From: Candidatus Parvarchaeota archaeon
Lineage (GTDB): Archaea > Nanobdellota > Nanobdellia > WJKC01
Direction: 5' to 3'
Length of the DNA: 20,000 nucleotides
Assembly: GCA_030615175.1 (NCBI GenBank)
Contig: JAUWZX010000001.1
Location: forward strand, 706,885-726,884
In this document: positions 8,001 through 15,626 of the stretch, one piece after another
Layout: each line of letters starts with the position of its first letter
Numbering within the stretch: the stretch's first letter is position 1
The notes under the pieces: model-generated
The model's database searches: none
What the model was told of the DNA's origin: nothing
The model's input: only the letters and a program-made list of their open reading frames with translations
Made by a program: the position numbers and the translations under genes

Positions 8001-8374
8001 AGGTCTTTCCTTCTTATCTTCTCTGTGTATGATAAGTAAACGTCAATGTCAGATACTCGCTTATCCTGTTTGTTCGTTTCCAGTTTAATGCATGTTTTCT
8101 TTAATTCGTATGGGTTTATGTTTGGCGTGACTTTTAAGACGTAGCCTTTTCTTTGGCCTGCTATGAATGGGTGCCTGAAGTTCCTGAGGCAGTCTGTTTT
8201 TTTAGTGCGCAGGAATTCAATTTCAGGATATTCTTTCTCCAAGTAATGCTTTACCCGGTTAACGTATGGTTTCATGTATTTAGCCCAGCGGTCTTCTTTA
8301 ACCCAGATTTCAATGACTAATGGTTCAACAGTGCATAACCTCTTTATTCTCTGGAACAGGTTTAACCGCGTCAT
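7982..8374 (-). CDS. CitX-like (phosphoribosyl-dephospho-CoA transferase-like) protein, divergent
   Basis: C-terminal PYELKKTCIKLET...KRVSDIDVY...KIRRKDL resembles the CitX pattern LK..ci.lE.....R..DiDV....isR..l. ATG8374 is 24 nt below a TTTTTAAA box; the ORF track starts at 8395. Confidence 0.5.
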   Translation of the reverse strand: MTRLNLFQRIKRLCTVEPLVIEIWVKEDRWAKYMKPYVNRVKHYLEKEYPEIEFLRTKKTDCLRNFRHPFIAGQRKGYVLKVTPNINPYELKKTCIKLETNKQDKRVSDIDVYLSYTEKIRRKDLYSKMP

Positions 8375-8444
8375 CGAGCAAAGTGATGATTTCATTAATT
8401 TAAAAATGTTTTTATATTAATTCCTTCCTTAAGTGGGAGTAATT

Positions 8445-8753
8445 ATGCGTGAACTGGATTTTTATAACTTCCATAAGGGTTGTATCTGTTATAATGAGAA
8501 GAAAGAGGCAGGAGTCCTTCTCTCAATTGAATTAAAGGATGAGTTAAAAGGATTATATCATGCTGTTGGAGTTTATCTTGATGGAAGATTTGACTGCGAG
8601 TACAGGCGTACATGGATTAAGGATGTTAAGACGCGTTCAGGGTGGACCGGGAATAAGTTGAGGATGGTTGGTTTCATAAATCATGAGGACCTGGAGGATG
8701 CCATAAGATTAGCTGATACTGGTCAGAGTTTCGGCACTGAAGTTGAGGAATAA
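8445..8753 (+). CDS. Hypothetical protein
   Basis: Clean ORF with host-like codon style; GGGAG just before ATG8445 and a TATA-like TTTTTATAT about 27 nt upstream; no family recognised. Confidence 0.6.
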   Translation: MRELDFYNFHKGCICYNEKKEAGVLLSIELKDELKGLYHAVGVYLDGRFDCEYRRTWIKDVKTRSGWTGNKLRMVGFINHEDLEDAIRLADTGQSFGTEVEE

Positions 8754-8766
8754 TAAAATTTTTTAC

Positions 8767-9147
8767 TTATTTCTTCTTTTCCCGGTATTTTTTTATCGCA
8801 TCATGCAAGCCATCGGCAGCTAAATTGCTGCAATGCATTTTTATAGGCGGAAGCCCGTCCAGGTTCTTTGCAACATCTGCTCTTGTAATCTCTAAAGCTT
8901 CATCTAATGTTTTCCCTTTCGCTAACTCTGTTACCATTGATGATGTGGCGATAGCTGCGGCGCATCCAAACGTTTGGAAAGATATATCTTCAATAATCTC
9001 TTTACCGTTCTCTTCTTTGACTTTAATGTATATTTTCATCAAGTCACCGCATACAGGATTACCTACTTCTCCAAATGAATCTGCATCCTTCATTTCTCCT
9101 ATATTATGGGGATTTCTAAAATGCTCCATTACTTTTTCTGAGTAAAT
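8767..9147 (-). CDS. iscU: Fe-S cluster scaffold protein IscU/NifU-N
   Basis: YSEKVMEHFRNPHNIG, GNPVCGD, FQTFGCAAAIATSS and LPPIKMHCSNLA with all three Cys. The conserved N-terminus extends upstream of ATG9129 to an ATT at 9147. Confidence 0.93.
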   Translation of the reverse strand: MYSEKVMEHFRNPHNIGEMKDADSFGEVGNPVCGDLMKIYIKVKEENGKEIIEDISFQTFGCAAAIATSSMVTELAKGKTLDEALEITRADVAKNLDGLPPIKMHCSNLAADGLHDAIKKYREKKK

Positions 9148-9153
9148 TTTGAC

Positions 9154-9159
9154 TCACCT
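9154..9159 (-). promoter_or_regulatory. Putative Shine-Dalgarno AGGTGA upstream of iscU
   Basis: Minus strand reads AGGTGA-GTCAAA-ATT-TAC-TCA-GAA; matches the archaeal GGAGGTGA consensus. Confidence 0.55.
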
Positions 9160-9263
9160 ATATTAATGATGTATCATTTATTACTTTAAATCCTTTGTTT
9201 ATTATTGGAACTGGATATGAAGGTTTTTAAATGCTTGATTATTAATTATTTTTTAGTGAGATT

Positions 9264-9905
9264 ATGGAACGAGCGATAATTTTTATCTTTTTGATACCAT
9301 TCTCATTTATTATTAGCTGGTGGTTTAGAAAGAAAATACTAAAAATCCAAAAGAAAAGAGGCTATAAAACAGCACATTATTATCCAATTTATGACTTCTA
9401 TGTCAAAAACAGAGCAACATTGTCAGTTTTTATTATTCTATTAGTCCTTTACGCTGGTTATGGTATTTATTTGAGTTATTTGTTAGATTTTAACTTTTAT
9501 TCATGGGCGTATAGGGCTCAGGTTGCTGGAAACGCGGATGAACTTTGCACTTACTTAGGAACATTAATGATAAATATTGAAAATGAAGGTCTGACAAGCG
9601 GTTATGCTGCTTTGGTATGGAAAACTCCTGAGTCAGACATGTCATTGATTTATACTACGTTGACAAACGTAAAGAATAGAGGATGCGGGTTAAAAGAATT
9701 AGACTCAAATAGTGATGCCTATCAGCAAGGCATGGATGATATTAGGGGCAGGTTAGGGGACTTGGATATAATGGTGTGGCCATGGTTTGCTGCTAACAGG
9801 TTTCCATATTTTCTTTATCATCCGCTGAGCATATTAACGTTTTTGATAGTTGAAGTCGCTCTTCTATTCCTTTCCGTAGGAGCCATAGAAAAGAAGAATG
9901 TATAA
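9264..9905 (+). CDS. Hypothetical membrane protein (about 3 TM) with a helical soluble domain
   Basis: 213-aa ORF; hydrophobic segments at the N-terminus, around aa 53-75 and at the C-terminus. Confidence 0.7.
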   Translation: MERAIIFIFLIPFSFIISWWFRKKILKIQKKRGYKTAHYYPIYDFYVKNRATLSVFIILLVLYAGYGIYLSYLLDFNFYSWAYRAQVAGNADELCTYLGTLMINIENEGLTSGYAALVWKTPESDMSLIYTTLTNVKNRGCGLKELDSNSDAYQQGMDDIRGRLGDLDIMVWPWFAANRFPYFLYHPLSILTFLIVEVALLFLSVGAIEKKNV

Positions 9906-9948
9906 AAAATTTATAACCTTATCTCCTTTTTTGTAGTTAATAGGTTTT

Positions 9949-10140
9949 CTATGTCTTTTTTCTGTATCTATAATATAACAATGAACCAAAGTATACAACT
10001 AAAGATATAGAAAATACTATACTTAAAGTAGACGGCCAACTTTTTGTAAGGACTTCGTAAAACATATTTAATAACATTAGTATTATCGTTATTGCCCATG
10101 CAATAGTTGCGGCTTTTAAATTTTCAATTTTCCATTTCAT
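9949..10140 (-). CDS. Small 2-TM membrane protein
   Basis: 63-aa ORF with two hydrophobic helices and a basic tail (YRYRKKT). Confidence 0.6.
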   Translation of the reverse strand: MKWKIENLKAATIAWAITIILMLLNMFYEVLTKSWPSTLSIVFSISLVVYFGSLLYYRYRKKT

Positions 10141-10300
10141 AATATATTAAATAAAATTAGAAACAAATATTCTTTAAATTTCTTATTATCTGCTTCCAGC
10201 CCGCGCCTAATTCTTTCAGATTCTCTTAATTCCTTCTTTTTGCATATAACCCTTATGGTATACAAATCTTTAAATACTGCTTTTTTACAATACGTTAAGT

Positions 10301-10651
10301 ATGAATGATTATTATTTAGTGTTTATTAATGTGTATAATAAGCCTGTGATTGATAAGATAAAGTTAAGTGAAGAGCCGGGGATTGGTGATAAATTCTTAT
10401 TTTATGATTCGCATCCTGAGTTAGATTTTACTGAGGTAGTTGCTAAAGTGAGTAAGGGTTATTTGAAGGATATTGATTGCCAGGAGTTCTTGAAAGTAAC
10501 TAAGATGAAGAAACTTGATGATAATGGTATCATGATTACTAGTAGGAAAGTAATGAAGAAGGCTCCTGATTCAGGTCTTGAAGTGACTTTAGTGATGTTG
10601 GAGAATCCTACGCCTGATCCGAACAGGATTCCTGTATTAGATCTTATTTAG
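10301..10651 (+). CDS. Hypothetical protein
   Basis: 116-aa ORF with TTTAAATA (10269-10276) 24 nt upstream of the ATG; no family recognised. Confidence 0.6.
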   Translation: MNDYYLVFINVYNKPVIDKIKLSEEPGIGDKFLFYDSHPELDFTEVVAKVSKGYLKDIDCQEFLKVTKMKKLDDNGIMITSRKVMKKAPDSGLEVTLVMLENPTPDPNRIPVLDLI

Positions 10652-11167
10652 TATTCTTTTCTTGTCTAAGTGTTTTAGCATGATTATGAACCATGGTGTG
10701 TACTTTTGAGGGTTTAGTGTGATATCTTTCTTTAAGTCTTGGATGCTTATCCATTTGAATGCTTCTGCTTCTGTTTTATTTATTATTGGATTCTTGTCAT
10801 AGCGTCCTGTGTAGACGTGGTCTATTTCGTGTTCTGTTAGTCCGTTGCTGAATTCTGTTTTGTATTTGAATTTTAATACTTTTTTTAATTGGCAGTCAAT
10901 GCCCATTTCCTCTTTCAGTCTTCTATGAATCGCTTCTTCCAGTGCCTCGCCTGGTCTCGGGTGACTGCAGCAAGTATTAGTCCATAACCCCCCGCAGTGA
11001 TATTTTGTCCTCGCCCTCTGCTGTAATAATAATTGTTTCCGTGAATTAATAATGACTATTGAGAACGCCCGGTGCAGTCTTCCTTCCTCATGCGCTTTCA
11101 TCTTCTCCTCAACGCCCAATTCATTATCCGCCTCATCAACCAGGATAACGTACTCACGACTACTCAT
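10637..11167 (-). CDS. idi: Isopentenyl-diphosphate delta-isomerase, type 1 (Nudix fold)
   Basis: K..AH..G.LHRAFS, LLLQQRA..KYH, WTNTCCSHPRPGE, RRLKEEMGI, EHEIDHVY and YTPWF: the full IDI-1 motif set. Confidence 0.95.
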   Translation of the reverse strand: MSSREYVILVDEADNELGVEEKMKAHEEGRLHRAFSIVIINSRKQLLLQQRARTKYHCGGLWTNTCCSHPRPGEALEEAIHRRLKEEMGIDCQLKKVLKFKYKTEFSNGLTEHEIDHVYTGRYDKNPIINKTEAEAFKWISIQDLKKDITLNPQKYTPWFIIMLKHLDKKRILNKI

Positions 11168-11315
11168 AAATCAACAATAAAAGAACGTTGTTTAAAAAAA
11201 CTTTCTAAATCATTATTCTATTTTCTTCAGCTATGCCTTGACTTTCTTTTTAGTGTTCTTCCTATTCTAGCGAAGAAAATGAGTAATTTAAAGGGGTAAT
11301 TGTTATATTTCTAAT

Positions 11316-11333
11316 TGTTCTTTAATAAGAACA
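11316..11333. promoter_or_regulatory. 7-bp inverted repeat touching the start of the GHKL/HK operon (candidate operator)
   Basis: TGTTCTT-taat-AAGAACA; the last A is the A of ATG11333. Confidence 0.35.
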
Positions 11334-13795
11334 TGTCAAAGAAAAATGAAGTTTTTTTTAATATAGACTCTAAGATACTATTTGAGTTAGGTGAAAAACT
11401 AGTAATAAATAGGGCAGTTGCGCTTGTAGAACTAGTTAAGAATTCGTATGACGCTGATGCAACAAAAGTCACAATTCAAATGAAGGATGTCAAAAAACAA
11501 GGAGGTACAATTATAATAAAAGATAATGGGCGTGGTATGAGTTTATCCCGTTTTAAGGAGACATGGATGAGGATAGCAACAACAGAAAAAGAAAAGAATC
11601 CAATTTCTAAAAAATATAAAAGAAGAAAAGCAGGTGAGAAAGGAATTGGAAGATTTGCATGCAGAAGACTGTCTAACAAATTGGTTTTAAAAACCATCTC
11701 CAAAATAGGTAAAAGGAATAAGGAAGAATTAAATGCGGTTTTTAATTGGCCTAAATTTACTCCTGGAACTGATGTAAATGAAGTTCCTATCGAATACACA
11801 ATCAAAAGGACAGATAAAGGAGAGATAGGCACTACTTTAATCTTGGAGAACACTAGAGATTCATGGAGTTGGAGGGATATTAACAAACTCAGAGAGGAAT
11901 TGACTTCTTTAGTTTCCCCTACAACTCTTAAAGAGAAAAGGATTAATAAAAAGATTGACCCAGGATTTAATATAGAGTTTGATTTGCCTGAATTCGAGTC
12001 GAAAACAAAGCCTTTAGATAAAACCTTTTTTATAAATGCTTGGGCAAAGTTGTTTGGACATATTGATAAGAATGGGATTACAGAATATAAGATAGAAGTG
12101 ATTAAAAAAATTGAGAATAAAATTAAAAAAACATTTAAACGAAAAGAGAGATTTAAAAATTTAAAAAATGTTAATTTTCAAATCCACATTTTTGTTTATT
12201 CAAGTGAATTCTTTAAAGATTCCGAATGGGCCCTTAGCAAGGCGAGACAGATTAGTACAGAAAAAGGAGGAATCAAGGTGTATGCTGATAGTTTTAGAAT
12301 ATTTGGTTATGGAGAATCCGGCGATGACTGGTTAAAAATTGATCGTGATAGGGCCAGATCCAGAACAGTTGTAGATAAAGAGGTTTCTATTTTTGCAAAA
12401 GAAGCTAAAAGACCAGGTTTGCATTTATTCAGGAATCAAGCTCTTTTTGGTCATGTATTATTTTCAAAGGAAGACAACCCTAAATTAGAGATTTCTATAA
12501 ATAGGGAGAGGCTAATAAAAAATAAAGCATTTGAGGAGTTAAAACAGTTTGTCAGGTTGGGAATAGATTTTGCTACAATTTTATATGCAAATGAGATTGT
12601 TCAAAAGGAAAAAAAGAAAAAAGAAAAGAAAAGAAAAGAGGGGGAAAAAGTACAAGAAGAAGTTAAGGAAGAAATACATAAAATTGAGGAATTAATCAAG
12701 AAATCTAAAGAGAAAATAATAAAGGCTAAAAAGAGAGTAAAAAAAATTGAAGAAAAAATAAAAAGAATAGAAGGAGATAAAAAAGAATTAGAGAAAACGC
12801 ATATAAAATTAGGTGAAAAATTATTAAATGTTAGTAGTCCAAAATATAAAAATAAGATTAAAGACATCCTGCAGGAGGAACAGAAGAATCTAAAATTAGA
12901 AAAAGGACTAAGAGAAGAAGAAAAGAAAGCCAGAAAAGAATTAGAAAAAATACAAGATGAGTCTGAGAATATAATTCTAAACTCTATAAAAGAAAGTATT
13001 GTAGCAACTGAAAAACTAGAAGAAATTTATCGGCAAGAAGTAGTACAGGAAAAAGAGGAAATTAAACATATTATGATTTTAGCTGCAACAGGCACCCTTA
13101 TACTAATATTTGGTCACGAGATTATTGCATTTATAACCAATATTGAAGAGCTTATTAAAAAAATTTCCCCTTTGTTACAAAAACCAAAAAAAATCAAAGA
13201 GGAAACAATAAAAGAATTAGAAAAATATATGAAGGAACTTAAAATTAAAAAAGAAATGATGAAAGAAATGGGAAGTTTAATTGGATTAATCTCAAGCAGG
13301 GAAAGTAGACTTGAAAGAAAGGAATGGGTCTTATTACCAATAGTAAAAGAAGTTTTCAAACCATTTAGAGAATATTTAAAGGAGACTATTGGAATAAAAT
13401 ACGAATTTTCAATACACAAAGCTTTAAGGACACCAGAAATGCACCGTTCTGAGATATTTTCAATCTTACATAATTTATTGACAAACTCAGTTAAAGCACT
13501 TAAAGAGGTTGAAAAAAGAAAAATAGAAGTTAGAGCATTAGAAAACAATAAAAATGTTTGTATATTATTCCTTGATACAGGAATTGGTGTTAAAAAAGAA
13601 AGAAGGGAGAAAGTGTTTGAAATGTTTGAAAGCACTAGTGAACCTGACATGGAATTTGGTGTAGGAACAGGATTGGGACTATATTTGATTAGAGAAATAA
13701 CGAGGTCTTATGGTGGAGATGTTAAATTCATTGATGCACCAAAAGGATGGAAAACTTGTGTTGAAATTATTTTGCCAAAGGATGTGAAAAAATGA
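11333..13795 (+). CDS. MORC-like GHKL ATPase / coiled coil / histidine kinase fusion
   Basis: N-terminal GHKL motifs ALVELVKNSYDADA, IKDNGRGM, GEKGIGRFA, GTTLIL; S5-like region GGIKVY..FRIFGYG..DDWL...NRERL; long K/E coiled coil; H-box FGHEI (His codon 13115-13117); HATPase HNLLTNSVKA, DTGIGV, VFEMF, GTGLGLYL. No TM segment. ATG11333 preferred over TTG11315. Confidence 0.9.
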   Translation: MSKKNEVFFNIDSKILFELGEKLVINRAVALVELVKNSYDADATKVTIQMKDVKKQGGTIIIKDNGRGMSLSRFKETWMRIATTEKEKNPISKKYKRRKAGEKGIGRFACRRLSNKLVLKTISKIGKRNKEELNAVFNWPKFTPGTDVNEVPIEYTIKRTDKGEIGTTLILENTRDSWSWRDINKLREELTSLVSPTTLKEKRINKKIDPGFNIEFDLPEFESKTKPLDKTFFINAWAKLFGHIDKNGITEYKIEVIKKIENKIKKTFKRKERFKNLKNVNFQIHIFVYSSEFFKDSEWALSKARQISTEKGGIKVYADSFRIFGYGESGDDWLKIDRDRARSRTVVDKEVSIFAKEAKRPGLHLFRNQALFGHVLFSKEDNPKLEISINRERLIKNKAFEELKQFVRLGIDFATILYANEIVQKEKKKKEKKRKEGEKVQEEVKEEIHKIEELIKKSKEKIIKAKKRVKKIEEKIKRIEGDKKELEKTHIKLGEKLLNVSSPKYKNKIKDILQEEQKNLKLEKGLREEEKKARKELEKIQDESENIILNSIKESIVATEKLEEIYRQEVVQEKEEIKHIMILAATGTLILIFGHEIIAFITNIEELIKKISPLLQKPKKIKEETIKELEKYMKELKIKKEMMKEMGSLIGLISSRESRLERKEWVLLPIVKEVFKPFREYLKETIGIKYEFSIHKALRTPEMHRSEIFSILHNLLTNSVKALKEVEKRKIEVRALENNKNVCILFLDTGIGVKKERREKVFEMFESTSEPDMEFGVGTGLGLYLIREITRSYGGDVKFIDAPKGWKTCVEIILPKDVKK

Positions 13796-14877
13796 AAAAA
13801 GTAAATGTAATATATATAGACGACTCAGAAGAAGAACTTGAAAAGTATAAAAAGAAATTTGAGAAGAATAATAAGGCACAAAGGCTTTTCAAGATAATTC
13901 CAATACAATCTCAAGAATTAAAACGTGATGAAATTTCAACTCTTCCAATAAAAGGAGCTGCTTTGGTACTAATGGATTATGATTTGAGTTATCGTTCAAG
14001 TGATGAGAAGACAAGTCCTTTTTTTGGAATATCATTAGCAACTGGGATAAAACAAAAATTTTTTGATGTACCAATAATACTTTTCATGAGGCGGGGCATA
14101 TTTATTCAATATCAAACAATTGTCAAAAAGTATCCAAACGTAGTGATTGACATAATTTTGAAAAGAAATTTATTTAGGAAAAAAGAAAAATTAGATTATC
14201 TTTATAATCTTGCTATGGATTTTTATAAACTTAGTAGAGTTAAAAATAAAGGATTAAATAAATTATTGGAATTGCTAAAAGTGCCAAAAGAAGACTCTAA
14301 TAGTATTAAACTTGCGAACCCACCCCTTAATAAAAAAGGTTTGTGGTCAGTTTCAGAGATATCAAAATGGATTCGAAAAATTTTATTAGCATACCCAGGT
14401 ATTTTATATGACCCCATTCATGCAGCTACTTTTTTAGGACTATCCAAAAAATCCTTCCTGAAAAAAGAAGTTCAAAAATTCTTCAAAGATGCGAAATATG
14501 AAGGTGTTTTTGCACCAGCAGACGGAAGATGGTGGAAATCAAAGTTACAAAAAATTGCTTTATCTATAGTAGAAATTGAAATGAAGGCCATACCTATACG
14601 TAAGAGTTTTCCTGAATCTTGGGAAAATAAAAAGGGTAGAATTAATAAATCAAAATGTGTTTTTAGTAGAAAATCGCCTGCAGAATGGGTATGTTGTATC
14701 TTAAAGAAACCAATCATGCTTAGATACTCTTTACCATACCATAAGGATAATCGCCCAGTAATTATGGACGAGGCGAGGATTTCCTATAAAGCTATAAGAG
14801 AATCTAATGAAATTAACGATGATTTTCTCGATTTAGCAGATAAACCATTATTGAAAAAAATTAGAAATAAAAGATGA
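13792..14877 (+). CDS. Response-regulator receiver protein with uncharacterised Cys-containing C-terminal domain
   Basis: VIYID10-D11, LVLM-D62-YDL, G..LA..IKQKFFDVPIILF, K124; C-terminal YPGILYD...YEGVF...RWWKSKL...CVFS...VCC. ATGA overlap with the kinase. Confidence 0.8.
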   Translation: MKKVNVIYIDDSEEELEKYKKKFEKNNKAQRLFKIIPIQSQELKRDEISTLPIKGAALVLMDYDLSYRSSDEKTSPFFGISLATGIKQKFFDVPIILFMRRGIFIQYQTIVKKYPNVVIDIILKRNLFRKKEKLDYLYNLAMDFYKLSRVKNKGLNKLLELLKVPKEDSNSIKLANPPLNKKGLWSVSEISKWIRKILLAYPGILYDPIHAATFLGLSKKSFLKKEVQKFFKDAKYEGVFAPADGRWWKSKLQKIALSIVEIEMKAIPIRKSFPESWENKKGRINKSKCVFSRKSPAEWVCCILKKPIMLRYSLPYHKDNRPVIMDEARISYKAIRESNEINDDFLDLADKPLLKKIRNKR

Positions 14878-15626
14878 TAATTATGCATTTAAAAAGTTAT
14901 CCTGCTATCTTAAAAAGATTAAACCACCACATCAAACCTTTTTTGGATGCAAGTTCTCACGATACACTACATCAAGTAGCAGATAATTTTATTGAGAAAG
15001 AGGAAAAAAGGAAAATAATATGGCATATTAAAATATCAAAACAATATCCTTTGTTGTTTTCAACCACAAAAGATCTTAATTTTCCTTTACAAGTAGATCT
15101 TTCTTGCAACATAAAAGGAGAATTTAATAAACAAGATTCCACTAATAAAGTGGAAAAACATAATGCAATTATTAGCGTATGGTCTATGGATAAAAAATTA
15201 AGCTATAGAAAAAAAATAGATGCTAAAAATATTAAAAAACCACTTGAAAATTCAGATTGGAGAAGAGTTATATTACGCTTTCACATAGATAAAAAATCTC
15301 CTAATAATAATTTTGAACCTTTATATCATTTACATTTTGGGGGCAAATGTAAAAATGATGAATTTTGTTGGTTTCCAGAAAAAGTATCTGAACCAAGATT
15401 TCGTTTTTTTCCTATGGATGTGGTTCTTTTGTGTGAATTTATTCTAACAAACTTTTTTCCAAAAGAATCTCTTGATTTGAGAGCGAAGCGCGAGTGGATA
15501 ACTCTTGTTAGAAAATGTCAAGAAGCATACTTAGAATCTTATATAAATCAATGTAGAAGATTTTTGAATAATAATGATAATACATTTTTAGGGTTTTTGA
15601 TAAAAAACAAGGAGTTGTATAAATGA
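14874..15626 (+). CDS. Uncharacterised protein with RFHID / PLYHLHFGG / PR..PMD motifs (DUF2290-like, candidate effector)
   Basis: 250-aa ORF joined by ATGA overlaps on both sides. The family resemblance is from memory of the motif only. Confidence 0.6.
   Translation: MIIMHLKSYPAILKRLNHHIKPFLDASSHDTLHQVADNFIEKEEKRKIIWHIKISKQYPLLFSTTKDLNFPLQVDLSCNIKGEFNKQDSTNKVEKHNAIISVWSMDKKLSYRKKIDAKNIKKPLENSDWRRVILRFHIDKKSPNNNFEPLYHLHFGGKCKNDEFCWFPEKVSEPRFRFFPMDVVLLCEFILTNFFPKESLDLRAKREWITLVRKCQEAYLESYINQCRRFLNNNDNTFLGFLIKNKELYK

Noticed and set aside
10141..10260. Short minus-strand coding-like stretch (KKKELRESERIRRGLEADNKKFKEY) as a gene remnant
   Set aside because: No convincing start codon, too short, and no recognisable family.
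6550..11299. ORFs 6550..6756(-), 8825..9145(+) and 11072..11299(+)
   Set aside because: They overlap the DUF2283/DUF333 genes, iscU and idi on the opposite strand and lack independent support.
12601..12650. A-rich run (aaaaggaaaaaaagaaaaaagaaaagaaaagaaaagag) as a phase-variation or frameshift site
   Set aside because: The frame is intact through it and it simply encodes a Lys/Glu-rich coiled coil.
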